From Psilocybe cubensis (lineage: Eukaryota), in the NCBI GenBank assembly GCA_017499595.2, contig CM039002.1, positions 3,100,001 through 3,164,000 on the forward strand: DNA of 64,000 nucleotides, given 5' to 3'. Numbering within the stretch: the first letter of the stretch is position 1; each line of letters begins with the position of its first letter. A program made the position numbers and the translations under genes. This document shows, in pieces, positions 27,168-39,940 of this stretch. The notes under the pieces are model-generated. The model saw only the letters and a program-made list of their open reading frames with translations, did not search any database and was not told the DNA's origin.

Positions 27168-30100
27168 ATGGCTTCCTCGCAAGCCTTACCGGAGCCTATG
27201 AACTCCTCACCTCACCACTCAAAGGTCAAGGTGACCATAACGCTTGCGGATCCGACCTTTGTCGCCGGAACTCATGTTTCGGGTAAGCTGGAGATGGAAT
27301 GCAGAGCGGACAAGGGTCTTGGAATCGGGATAATGATGATTGAACTCTTCGCTGTACAAGGTACGCTTTCTATTAACCTATTCAATCTGACGGATCTCAT
27401 TTGGAAATAGAGCTCAGTTCCAGAGACCACTCTGCGACATCTACGTTTCTGCATAGCCGGCGTTTGTTCCAGGGGCCTGGGTTGCCGCCTTCCAACGCCG
27501 TGCAGGCCCACCCGATGCCTGGAGACCCGCCGTTGCCCCAGGACTACCACCAGGCGCGCCGTGGCCGCTCTACGTTTCTATTCCGCATTCCAATCCCCAC
27601 CTCATCACCGTCATCCATTTCCTTCGGATCAGGGCTCGCAAAAGTGAGCTACGAGCTCCGGGCGAGCGTGGGCGTGTTCTGGAAGAACGAAAAGCGGCTG
27701 GTGATCGACAAACGGCCCATCGACGTCGTTGAGGCGTATTTATACGATGATGTGCTTATGGGCAAGGTCCCAGAGTCGATCGTTATTGGCGAGAATGGAA
27801 AATTGTGGATGCAGGGAAAGATTGTGGGGAATGTTATTTTGGCAGGTGAAAGCGCTTGTTTGGAGCTGCAGGTGAAGAACCACTCGAACAAAAAGGCTAG
27901 TTACTTTCTTGTTTTTCAATGATACTCCTAACGCCTTTAATTTACATAGAATACAGGCCTTACTTTGACTCTTACTCGAACGTTGTACCTGCAAAGCTCT
28001 GCGACCGGACCACGGCAGGCTCCCGTACAGATATCCGATACCTTGACTACCGTTCCTTTCCGCGGTCCGGAATACATTATACCTCCTGGAGCAGAAGGTG
28101 TTGCTAACCTGGTATTCGACATCCCCAAACACGCTAGAGGGGTTAGAGGAGGCACTTTAGACGGCGAAGAAGCTGAAGGGGGAACCGGACCACGCCACAC
28201 CGAGTCTCTTTTCGAAATTAAATGCAAGGTGGAAGTCAAATTGGCAATGGGAATGGGCAGGTATGTGCTCGATCATTCCAGGGAAATATTCACTTTTTCT
28301 TACCAGTCTTTTATATCACAGCAAGGATTTGCTGCTCGAAATCCCGATTGACATCGTTCATCCAAGCGCGATGCCAGCACAGTTGCATCTTCCACAGGTC
28401 ACTGGTCCTTATGTCCAACCATATTCCCCTCCTCGTGAAGCTGCACTTGCACCAGCACCATACGCTGAGTACAATCCCTACTACCCAATACACCCGATGT
28501 CCCCAGGACCTCATATACCATATGTCGACCCTGTACACAACCAAGTGTGGATGCCACCACCTCCGCCTCCTCTTATACCCTTATCTCAGTCACCAATTGG
28601 ATACCCACCGTACCTTCAATCCCATTCTCCGATTTCCCAAGAGGCCTACCAACAACCCATGCATCCTTACGCACTGCCAGTAGCACCGCAGCCATATTAT
28701 CCCTTGGATGTTATCCCTCCTCAACCACATCTACTTTCTCCTGTAGACGATTTTGGCGGTTACATTCCCCGCCCATCAAGTGTCGGGCCTGTCGCGTCGG
28801 CTTCGCAAACTGCCCCTCCTCTGATACCAGGTTTACCTCCTCCGCCAGCCGCTACATCGCTGCTTCCTCTGCACGATCTACAGCATCCGCATACACACCC
28901 GCATGCATTAGACCCCCCGTCCCAGCCTTACAAACCGGAAGTAGGCAAAGGCGATCGTGCACTTCGTGTCTCGCGACATTTGAGGATGTCGTCCAGGAAT
29001 CGATCCGTCTCCCCTCAGAGCCATCGTTATCCCCTCCCTGTGCATCTCGTTCCAATTACTGAGGCAAGCGGAGGGGGGAGAGATACTTCCAGTGTTGGAG
29101 CCACGGCCGGGCTGTCTCCGGCGACTTCGAACAATGGGAAGAAACAGCCGCGGATGCTGCCACCCCCGCCGTTGCTGCTGCACGCGCAGAACATGCCGTT
29201 GGTGTCGCCGACTCATTCTGCTGATGGTGTTGTGCATTCGCCGAGGCCGCAGTTGACGCCGAAACATTCCTTCACGCGCGACCCAGTCAACGGCGACACG
29301 GTTAAGAGTGAGAGAGTGGAGACGCTTGAGAAGATGGCGGATGAGGTTGGAAGGAAGAGCCAAGATCTGTCGTGTGATCTGCCTAAGGGTATAAGCGACA
29401 TTTTGGCGGCGAAGGCGAAGGAGAACGAGGAACAGGAGGAGAAACGAGACGGATTGCCTGCACAGAGTGGTAGCAATGACGCGGATGTGAATAAGACGCT
29501 GCCAGGACCGCCAGTCCCGTCCGGAAAAAATCTGATGCAGCCTCTTCCGAGTCGAGCGAGGGCAGATGTGTACTTCGCAGAGCAGCAACAGGAGCAGCAG
29601 TTGCTTATCCCTGAGACTTCGCCACTTCCTTCGGATCAGACCCCACCGACACCTGCGCTCGTCGCAGTCCTTCCCTCTCGCCAAATCCGATCGCAGGAGA
29701 ATTCCGCACTACAAACGGAGAGCGGCCTTGACGCGCTAGAGCGAAGGTTACTAGCTGAAGTGGGGACGAGGAAGCTTGATACACGTCGCGCGGGAAAGGA
29801 CAAGAGGCCTGGCGTTCGAGACGTTTTGGTGGGCGCCGCCACCCCTAGCTCTGCGGATACGGAGGCAGAGGTTGAGTCCATCGCGAGTCCGCCAAGTCGA
29901 GCAGGTGGGGTGGCCATTCCCGCGAAGAGTCCCGAGACGCTTCACGATTCTGCGATTTCGAGTTTGACGCTGGCGGGTGGGCTGGGTGGAGACGAGTCGG
30001 ATGGGGAATTTGATGGGCGGACCCATAAGGCTGGGAGATCGAGAGCTGGGTCGAGCGATGGGAGAGAAGGTGGTGTCGCTGGACCTAGCACAGGCCTACA

Positions 30101-31823
30101 TCAACACATGCGCGAGCGTGCACAAGTCAGCACGCCGACGAAAACTTTGAATCTGGACAGAGTGCGAAGCCGGCCGTTAGAGCAAGAGAATCTGAATGAA
30201 TTGGATAACCTCAATCTGAATGGCTCGGGAAAGAGCAGGGAGACCAAGTCGAGTGGGAAGAAGAAGGAACGGGCGAGCAATAAGTCTGCTGCAAAAGGAC
30301 GAGTGGCTGCTTGGTTGGGCGGAATCGACCCGGATGTTCCGCCACAGGAGCAAATTATTCCACCAAGTCCCAGTGTCACCAGGAAAACTCCTTCTCCATT
30401 CCAAATGGGCGATGACGAACCTGCCCCTGTTGAGATTCCAAGTCTTCCCGACGACGAGCCTCAACAAGTATCAGCATCGCCTAACCCTCGCTCATCCGGA
30501 TTTGTACCCATATCAACGTTGAAAAAAGAGCCATTGCAAAGTCGGCCACTGATCGCTGGCGATGCAACTGTGGTTGTGGAAGCGAAGCGAGTTCAGGATA
30601 TCTGGTCGTCACAAGATACGCCTGTGCTCTCCGCCAAACAGATACCATCATATTTCAACAATGCTAGTCAGCAGCAGCAGCAACAGCAACCTCCAAGTGG
30701 GCCGCTCAAAACAGATCGCAAAGTTACCCCTCCATCAATAAAACCAGCGCCGCCAGATCCACGCTCTAAGCCACTGTCGTATTCAGCAGCGGCGCGGAAC
30801 GTTTGGAAGTTGCCTGAGACAGTCAAGACACCGGCTGCTCAACATGCTCCTCCAATTCCTCCAAAGCCACAGGTTTTACCTCCACCTAAAAAGCCAGTTG
30901 GACGCATACCGGCTGTTTTCCCCCAGCCCAAACCTGTAGATCCTGAAGTCAAATACGACATCAGGTCTGCTCGTGGTGGTCGAGGAGGCAAGGTTACCGC
31001 AGTTGCAAATCTTTGGTCCTCTGGTGCTATCAATAGAAACTCAGGGAAAGGGGTCGTGAAACCTGTTGATGATGTTGGAAAAGTATCTGTACCTCCGCCG
31101 GTGTCCTCGCCCATGCGTACAGAAAAGAAGTTGTTCTCAGATGCTGTTATGACTCCCGCACCATCGCCTAAGCGGAGCCCGGCGGCACCTGCAAGAGTGG
31201 CCAATACGATCAAGCCGACCGATGCGCAAAAACGACCTGATTCTCGAAACGCTTTCCCAGAATCGAGACCCATTTCTCATCCTATGCCAAAAAAGGTACC
31301 ATCATCAGCTGCGTTGAAACCTTCTGCTGTGCATGCACCGTTGGGTGGAATGCATGTTGGGAAAGGCAATAAATCATCTGAGGCATTAGTGCAAAAGCGG
31401 CCGGCAACGGCGATGTCTAGCCCGTATTCTCTCCATGCTCAACACGGAAAGGCCCCGCCCACCAGCCACTCGACTCCTAATTCATCTGATCCCAAATTGC
31501 ATAATCTCGTAGCGAAGGGTGTCAAGCCAGCGTTCAAAGCAACGTCTGACCCAGCAGTGGTTATTTCTTCTCATGCCGTTCCTACGCTTTCTTCCACAGC
31601 GTCCCTCGCTAGACCTCACTCTTCTGCAGCACAAAATGACTCGTCACGACCTGTAAAGGTGCCGCCGGTTTTAGCCACGTCTGTACCCACGTTGTCCTCT
31701 GACCTTCCATCTGGAGCTCCGCGTCCTGTCTCGCCCAGCAAACCAGTCGATCTAGCCTTTGGACAAGCACGTATCAGGGATCTGATCAAGAAATATCAAG
31801 GCGGACAAGGACAAAAGACATAA
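27168..31823 (+). CDS. Arrestin-domain protein (ART/alpha-arrestin-like fold) with very long Pro/Ser-rich C-terminal tail
   Basis: Beta-sandwich-like N-terminus (KVKVTITL, FVAGTHVSGKLEMEC, TFLFRIPIP, KVSYELRASV, LELQVKNHSNKK, LFEIKCKVEVKL), three introns, then a long last exon ending FGQARIRDLIKKYQ. Confidence 0.8.
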
Positions 31824-32291
31824 TCGAAGCCATCTGTCGCACTCGGTACCTGTGTAAAATTGCCGTCAATGGTTTTTTTGTTCCTGTTATATTTATCTCT
31901 TTTTGTGATTCTGTATCCAATCTTTGTTCACTTCTGCTTCTCATCGTTCGCGTTTTAATGATTTTCTGATGCACTTGTTGTTGTTGTTGTAATGAATCTT
32001 ATGAAGCACATGTAATGACGATCCCAATCAAATGGCAAAACATGATGTATTTTGTAGCGAGGAAACAGTATTTTGCTGTCGTAAATCAGGAAGGAGAAAG
32101 GTCGATTGACGATGGTAATTTACAACGATGGTAGGATTTGGGTTCACAGTCTATGTGCAGGAAGGTAAATGAGTACGTAAATACATAATAATATACAATA
32201 TACAACCAAGATAATGAGAGAGCATAAGATCTGGATTATTTAATTTACAATAAGATAGCCAGAAAAAGGGGAGGCCGTGTGTGTGAAGGCA

Positions 32292-33257
32292 TCAATGTGA
32301 GTCGTCTGTAAGGATATCGATGTGAAACTGTCGCCAGTCGATTTTGGCAGGTGCGTCCCAGTCGTCACGCTCGTCTTCGAGAATGGGTTCAGCAGCCAGA
32401 CCGGGTTCTTCTTCGAGAATCAAGAAGAAGTCGGATTTCTCCTGGCTTGGTGCGCGATATTGTAAAGAAGAACGGCGAGAACGGGAAGGTAGTGGCATGG
32501 TATGAATGGATGTCGGCCGCTCTCGTCGAGAGAAGATAAGCGAAGAGCGGTTTGACGACGAGCCGGTGAGAGATAGGAATGACTCTCGTTTGGGAGTCCC
32601 AGAAGGAGAACTGTCTGATGAAAGATCAATGAACATCGACCTGGCGTCGGGAGAAGATGTAAAAGGGTCGATGGGCTGATGTAAAGCAGAACTGTAAGGG
32701 GGTAGCGATAGACAAAGGAAGGTATGTGAGTCACTTTTGTTCGGGGTAGTAACGACCGTGCATGGGATCGCAACCGGCAACGGGAGAGAAAGGGAATGTC
32801 TTACATACCTTCCATTGGGCGCAGAAGGCGTGTGTGGTCCGCCCGTTGATATCCACATGCCACTGTCTGGCACACTTTCATGGTCTGAACCAAAGAAACG
32901 GAAGCTCTTGCTGCTCCTCCTCGAGCTTGATGAAATGGTAGAATTCTCGTCTCCATAAACAGAGGTTATGCGCTCGAACAGCCGTGAAGAGAATGTGACA
33001 AAGGACGAACGCCGCCCACGGGAACTCTTCTCACGAGTTTCGGATGGCGTTGAGCTTGTGTTGGAAACGAACATGGATGTCGGGCGTGGGCGACGGTGAG
33101 TAATATCGGCAAAGGACCGTCGAGAGCGAGCAGGAGCGTTGGTAATAGACTCTAGTGAGTTGCGTGAGCCTGGGGAAGATGGTATGCGGGTTGCAACTGC
33201 GCGAAACCCAGAGGCAAAGAAATCCGAATAGCCTCGAACGCTGTTGGGCGCCTGCAT
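32292..33257 (-). CDS. Hypothetical Ser/Arg-rich disordered protein (321 aa unspliced; probable in-frame intron 32808-32692)
   Basis: Long ORF ending in a structured-looking KIDWRQFHIDIL motif. GTATGT...TTACAG intron signals inside the ORF. Confidence 0.7.
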   Translation of the reverse strand: MQAPNSVRGYSDFFASGFRAVATRIPSSPGSRNSLESITNAPARSRRSFADITHRRPRPTSMFVSNTSSTPSETREKSSRGRRSSFVTFSSRLFERITSVYGDENSTISSSSRRSSKSFRFFGSDHESVPDSGMWISTGGPHTPSAPNGRYVRHSLSLPLPVAIPCTVVTTPNKSDSHTFLCLSLPPYSSALHQPIDPFTSSPDARSMFIDLSSDSSPSGTPKRESFLSLTGSSSNRSSLIFSRRERPTSIHTMPLPSRSRRSSLQYRAPSQEKSDFFLILEEEPGLAAEPILEDERDDWDAPAKIDWRQFHIDILTDDSH

Positions 33258-35559
33258 TGGGGACTATGAGGAGGAGGTAAGGGGGATAAAATGGAGGAGG
33301 AGTAAACGGGTGGGAGGGCGAGAGAAGAGTGAAGGTTACGGTCAATAAACGAGAAACGATCCGGTAAAGAAGAGTTTATATAACATACATGTAGCCTAGC
33401 TCGTGAGGTGGCGGTGACGTCGACAAGATTAATGTGTTAAGGGGGAGTCGGTAAATGAGTCGAAATTAGTTTCCCCGTGAAGTCGGCCGTAATGCAGCAA
33501 CTTCACAATCCATCAGGGACGATCCGGGTCTCCACAGAAGCGATCATCATTAAGAATAGAGTTGGACCACTTTTCCACAAAGCGACGAGCAATGGCCATC
33601 TGCGCAAATATTTTTATAGTCCGCATTCCAGTGTCCTATGAAACAAGATACAACATTTGACTGTGATCATGATAGTATTGACAGTGAAAAAGATATCCTT
33701 ACAGATGAAAGAGCTAACTCAGACAACGGTATGAAAGGTAGCGATTGTAGATGCTGTACTCGGCTCTTGACTCGGCTCTTCGTTACGGCTGACCTGCAAC
33801 CAAAATACGTCGTGAATGATGTGATGATATTTGTTTTTCAGCAGCAATTTCTTCTTCACCAACATCAAGCTCCATTCGGATGAACTGCGCCTTGGGGCGA
33901 GGTTCTAATCATACTGTCGATAGCACAAAGGACTGGAATGTAGAAACGTTCTCGTCTAGGGCACCGGAGACTCGGTAAATAACTTTGCTTTGTCAAGCTG
34001 GGCGTAGCTCCGGCCCGAACAACCAATTCTGTTTTTGACGTTTTGCATGCAAAGAGCGGCGCAGACTTAAACCAGACCTTGGACTCCGGGGAAACGTCCA
34101 AAGCGACGTTGTGCGCTTCCGTAGGACTCGCTGTTAGTCATCCTTCACGGAAATTTTTCCAAGAGCCGCCTACAATGAAATGACTGAAACAGTCACTGGG
34201 CATGAGAATGGTCTCATTGTGCGATGGCTTTCTGTCTTCTTTTGCTCGGGTCATATTCTTAAAAGGAAGGTCGTGGCAACAACACATACCGCCAACTGTA
34301 TCCGCGATAAGAAAGCGGTCGATGAGCGGGTCGCGATCAGGCGCTTTAGCTAAATCTGGAGAGCAATCACGAGAAGATGCTTCAGTTAAGCCGCTTCAAA
34401 ATATTTCAATTACTGCCAGCGAAAAAAGAAACATCACCAATGACTCAATGACATGCTCCAAGAGGTGGAGAGTCCAGCTTTGATTTTCCATACGAACGCT
34501 TTACTGACGCACAATGATTGGGGCCTAGTAACGAAAGCCGTCAGCCGACTAGGTTGTCGTCTACCATCCGCAACCTAATATGACGCCCTGTCCGGCGAGG
34601 TTTGTGCGCCTGCTCGTGGTTGTTCTGCGATTTTATTTTGGGAGAAAAGGGGCACTGCGGTTGTCTTCGGGCCTACGACCGAGGTCTCCATGCATGAATC
34701 AACCGCCGTGATGACTGACAACGGACATCAAGGACATCTCAAGAGCAATATTTATCTTTTGAATGAGTTTGCGTTTTGACGAAGCTGACTAAGGCAGCGT
34801 AAGGCATCACAGATACTTGAAACCTGGACAGAAAGAAAGTAGATGAATGAAATCAAGTTTCATAGTACGAGAATTAGCCTTGCGTGAGAGAAATACATGA
34901 TAGTAGTGTGCAAGTATACAGTTACACCGTGTGCAGAGTCAATGGTGGACCTGATGATCACTTGAGAGTGACTGATAAAATCATAAAGAAGCTGGAGAAA
35001 AGGAGAACTGCAAAAAAAATAATCACATACACTGCATATATCTGAGCTGATGGCGGTTCTGCGATGTGAATCTATTTGCTCCTGTGCCCATGATTGATCA
35101 CCAAAAAAAGATGAAGGGCATTGCGCGAATTCAGATAGAGCATGACTGAAAGACAGGAAAGTGCCACGAAAGTATCACCAAATTACACCGCGTGTATTTA
35201 CACTGCATATGCATATGTTCAAGGTAAGATAAGATCGCTCGAATGAATTCCTGTGAGATATAACAGAGAGAAAAGAGCGAGTTAAAACAAGGTTCACTAA
35301 GTGCTGGGAATGGAGGTCACGTGATCGAGTGTACGATCCGACGCGATTGTTGAAGACGCGACTGGAATGATCTGATTTGGAGAGGAGTTGGGGCCCGAAA
35401 GGCCTGAGAGTTTGGGTCAGAAATATACAAAAAGCCAAGATGAGAATTCCAATGCGGCTGTACTAAACAGTGGTAGGAAGGGAAGAGGGAGCGGTGGGTG
35501 GGAGCAGTTGTTTTTGGAGAGTAGGGCCGTTCGAGTGCACAATGATCCAAGTTCACAGA

Positions 35560-36260
35560 TCCTTGGAATCCGCTGCGTCCTAAATAACTGCACGGAGACA
35601 CCAGCGCAGGCTCCATTAAGTAAATAGAAAAGGAAGCACGACTCACATCTAATAACGGGGACAAGCTACATATAATATCTTGGGAGCGTGCCCGTGTTGC
35701 GCGAGCAATTCATGTATCTGTTCTATATCTTGCAACAAACTTGATGACCACCTTAAATCCTTGAAAAGCTTTGTAAGGTATGTGACGTATGTGTTGTTGA
35801 CCTCAAAGGCGTAAAGGTATTCAAACGAGTGTCCTACCGCCCGTGGGGTGAATAAAACGGGGATGGGATTTGTTGGAAAGCGAAGGAGGAACGTCAGCGA
35901 GCCCTCGATAATAGGGTTTGAGCTCAGCAAGACATTGTCGAAGAGCAATAAGCACTTTGGAATTGTAGTACATTCGGGAATCTCCTTTCGTTGATGAAAG
36001 TGCCATTCACGTCGTATCAGTCAAGCGTTGGACAAGTGCGTTGCATATGGTCAAGGTGATGATGCCATTGGGTCTCGTTCGATCCAGGTTGAGCGTTTCC
36101 AGGACTTGGGCGCCAAAATTCTTGGAGAACTGCTTCTGTATTGCGCACGGGACCCAGCCTCCGATTCATAAGTCTTGGATAAAATGTGCATAAGTCTACA
36201 CGCATTTATGATATCGTCGGTGCTCCACGGGACAATGGGTTCGTTGATCATATGGAAAAA
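35560..36260 (-). pseudogene. Frameshifted relic of an Agaricomycete expanded kinase-like (APH/choline-kinase-like fold) gene family
   Basis: Fragments in different frames: RLMHILSKTYESE, KVLIALRQCLAELKPYYRGL...HPRF, TYLTKLFK and IHELLAQHGHAPKILY. These resemble the 'H.LLA..G.APKL.Y' segment of these proteins. Recognised from memory, not from a search. Confidence 0.4.
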
Positions 36261-36504
36261 TCGACCGCATATAGGGTGAAAAATCTCTATTAGGGGACCA
36301 GTGGTAGAGATGACGCCTTGCTTTATCCTGCCATCATATATGGCGGTGGCTTCAACGGATTAAGCTTCTCGGTATCCGGAAGATTTGGCTCTTTCTGATT
36401 GCGTGGGCCATTGTGTCAACACTATAGCCTAAGAACTGGGTAAGCAAAACTGGGTGCGCAATGCCCAGTTGGCAGTCATATAGGATTAGACATACTGCTC
36501 ATCT

Positions 36505-36815
36505 AACTGACGCTTGACTTGAGGCGTTGGAACAGAACTGTGCACAGTGATGCCAACCAGCTTGATACTTTTCCAATAAGGATATGCAGACAATCGTTCG
36601 AAATATCTTCAAGAACCAATAAAAGGTTTTGCGACTTGACGTACCCAACTTTTCGCGCAGCTCCCGGAGTATTTCTTCTCCTTCGAGTATGTATCTCCCT
36701 CCTCGCCTTTTATCATTTGGGCTTGCGTATCACACGGCCTAGCATCTCTGTCGACGATCTCGGGTTGTCGTGGCCTCTTCTTCCATACTTTGAACCAATT
36801 GAGCCACAATTCCAT
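36505..36815 (-). pseudogene. Degenerate tandem duplicate of COA6
   Basis: MELWLNWFK...SKEKKYSGSCAKSW followed by a GT donor at the same position as in the intact copy. Internal frameshift, TGG->TAG in the original frame, and a deletion. Confidence 0.75.
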
Positions 36816-36993
36816 AATGAAGAAAGAACCAGAGGAATCGTATTCACAAAACCGCGTGTATTTTCTCATAAATGGATTATGACAGGGAGGGCTATCCGCG
36901 TTCGTTAATCAACGAATTTGCAGACCAGTGATAGCAAGAACAGTTGCGGATTCACCAAAATAGAACTTTTAACTTTATCCATAGCACCACAGG

Positions 36994-37349
36994 TTACTTT
37001 TTGGCAGCTTGTGCCTGTTCGTTGGCGCGAGCAAGTCTGTCCTTTTGGGCTTCCGCTATCACGCGCCGCTGGTTGAAATACTCAATCTGAAAGAGAAAAA
37101 TATACGGTCAGCTAACAAATCAATGTATGCATATTTCGTGATTCGGCGCACCCAGCTCTTCGCGCAACTCCCTTCGTATCTCTTCTTCTCCTTCGAACAT
37201 GCACTCCCCTCATCGCCTGCTTTTATCACTTTAGCTTTGTCTAGGCATGCAAAGTACTCGTCTCTCGCATCCCAGCACTTCTGTCGACCCTCTCGTGTTG
37301 GAGCAGCCTCTTCTTCGGGACCTTTGAACCAATTGAACCACGAGCCCAT
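36994..37349 (-). CDS. COA6: Cytochrome c oxidase assembly factor Coa6 (COX6B/Cox12-like CX9C-CX10C)
   Basis: PTREGRQKCWDARDEYFACLD...CSKEKKRYEGSCAKSW, one intron (37151-37090), then IEYFNQRR...QAAKK*. Confidence 0.88.
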
Positions 37350-38047
37350 GGTGATATATAGGAACCTGAGGAATCGTTTTTGAATCGTATTCAGAAAGCG
37401 CGGCTGAGCTCCCTTGGCGTAGCCGATGACAAATCATTCCCACATGCATCACGTGATTCCGAGACTACACCATGGCTGGCTCAGCTGCAGCTTGAACTTT
37501 CTCTTAATTCTCACTCGATTCAAAGCTTGAAAGTGGATTGTGTCATGTGGATTTAACGAAGACCCGCAGACTTCACAAGATCTGGAATGACTTTCTAATA
37601 GTCTGCTCATTCATCCCCGTATTACTTTTGCCTTACTAAACACACGACTCGGAGTTCTCTTCATTGTCGCCATCTGAATTTAACTAGGATGGACGATGAA
37701 AAATCCAATATTTACAGTGTCACCACTCGTGTCATATTAAACTTTTACATTGTTGACAGTCGTCGGTGCTGTGTTCAACAATTGAACAAGCCTCACTCAG
37801 GTGGTGGCGTCCGCGTAAGTACCTAGACCTTCAGTATACTGTTGTATAGTGAACATACGTTTCAACTGAAAATTACAACAAAAACTATGCTTATTTTGCA
37901 TTTAATAGCGACTAGCATTGGACTAGCATGTTCAACAAACATGTTCGGATAAACCTCGGGTGTTCATATATTGTCCCAAAAGAGCAGATATGGCTTGTTT
38001 GCCTCCTACCACTACTTCCCTCAGAATTGCGCGACGTGTAATTAGCG

Positions 38048-39046
38048 ATGGATGCGTCCTCTACGTCGCGACCAAAGTCCAGGGCAGAAGTATCAATTGT
38101 TCGGCATCCTGACTTCTACTTTTCGGATGGATCTGTGGTAATAATTGTTGAAAAAACCGCGTTTCGGGTTCATCAGTCACTGCTGGCGCGACATTCAGAC
38201 GTCTTCAAAGGGATGTGGGAGGTTCCTCAACCACAGAGAGCCGATACATACGATGGGTGTCCTAGCGTTATACTCCAGGATTCTGTAAATGACTTTGTAG
38301 ACGTGATGAAGGTGCTCTACGATACCTTGTGAGTTGATTCATGCATCATACAAAGTGCTCATTCGAACAACAGTTCCAGCCATTTCGACAAAATTAACCC
38401 TGATACCTCACTATCGCATCTCATCACGTTCATCGCGGGTATCCTGCGCATCAGCACCAAATACAACATGTTGCAGCTGAGAAACAAGTGCATCGACATC
38501 ATCCAAGAAAAGTTTCCATCATCCTTGAAAGGGTGTGACGAGGTGCTGACGAGGGGAATCAAATACGTGCCATCCGAGATTGTACGCATCATTCCACTCG
38601 CTCGCGAGACGACAGTGCCCAAGGTTCTTCCCTGGGCGTTCTACCTCTGCGCACACATATCCGTCGACGAGATTCTCGCCAATAACGTGCTGTCGTGGCG
38701 AGACAAGGCATTGTGTCTCGCGGGTAAGGAGCGGTTGTGGGAGCTGCAGAAGAAGGAAACACATTTTTTCCTTTTGGACTTCAAGCAGGCGCCGACGTGT
38801 ACAACTGGGTGCCAGACGCGTGTGATGGTCCCTCGGCAGCTCAAGCTGAGCGATATCGAGAGTCTGCGGATCAATCCCCACCCGTTGGAGGAGTACACGG
38901 ACTGGAAATCGTTGATGATATGTATCAAATGCCAGGCGATGGTCGAGTCTCAACACAAAGAGGGCCGAGAAAAGGTTTGGCAGAAATTGCCAACGCTGTT
39001 CCATCTCGGAACATGGGACGATATCAACAAGGATCAGTCTTGCTGA
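38048..39046 (+). CDS. BTB/POZ domain protein (fungal expanded type)
   Basis: RHPDFYFSDGSVVIIVEKTAFRVHQSLLARHSDVFKGM...DGCPSVILQDS, ILRISTKY, VLPWAFYLC, and Cys pairs near VWQKLPTLFHLGTW. One intron about 38329-38379. Confidence 0.92.
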
Positions 39047-39940
39047 CAGCCGTCATGACAAGTCCCCTCTGATTCACGTACTTGATCTTTGCTTTCACGA
39101 CGGTCTTCTTTGGTTTAGACTATTTATTGACTCTGGGTTGGATTAACTTGTATTCTGTATTCTAGCCATCATGTATGTACTTTGTAATGTAATGTGGATC
39201 AGGGTCTTATTCAAGAACGCGAGGTGAGTTCAAGAGTGCCATTCTCTCCTCTCCGCTGATACCCAGATGTGATCTTCCATGCCTAGTGCGATTAGTTTCC
39301 AAACTTCATTGGCGCCTAGGATGCGCATGCCAATGCCGTTATCTGACACAAAACATCGTGGTCCAATTTCACTTTACTGACTGGAATATCGACGCAGGGC
39401 AAACAAGATGTAGGCCAAGTGCAGTGTATTAGATGACGGGCGCTTCTCATGTGCGTAGGCGGCAACTTTGTGGAAAGAATCCCAGGACTATGCCTCGACA
39501 TTCATTTCAACATTGATGAATGCCGTAACCTCCGAAATCCTTTTATAAAGTAGTCTCCAGCTCAGGAGACGATGGTGGATGGAACTGTATCGTGTACACG
39601 TGAGTATTGTGCCTGCTGCAGAACTTCATTGATGTCAAGGACGGTATTCGTTCAATTAACCCGGCTTAACAACCACACTTCTACGAATCTGGGCTGTGGT
39701 GAACATTCTCTTTGGTGACTGAAGCCGGGACAATCTTTGATATGTCGAAGATCCCGGGTTGGAACGACCAGACATCGTCATCCAATGCAGGCGCCAGTGA
39801 GCGCGAGAATTATTTCGGCAGCCCATGTCCGAAGAAGGGGAGCGAATGTGTGTGTTGCTCGTCCTACTACCAGGTACTTAAATTGATATTGTACATAGAT
39901 GTGACAGTCCACAAGGAAGGAACGTATACCGAAAGATTTT

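Noticed and set aside
28547-31273. Many antisense and alternate-frame ORFs over the arrestin tail (similar ones over the TBC, BTB and GMC exons)
   Set aside because: Shadow ORFs of long GC-rich coding exons.
31976-31990. (TTG)5 microsatellite; also the CAG poly-Gln run near 30669
   Set aside because: Short, ordinary simple repeats.
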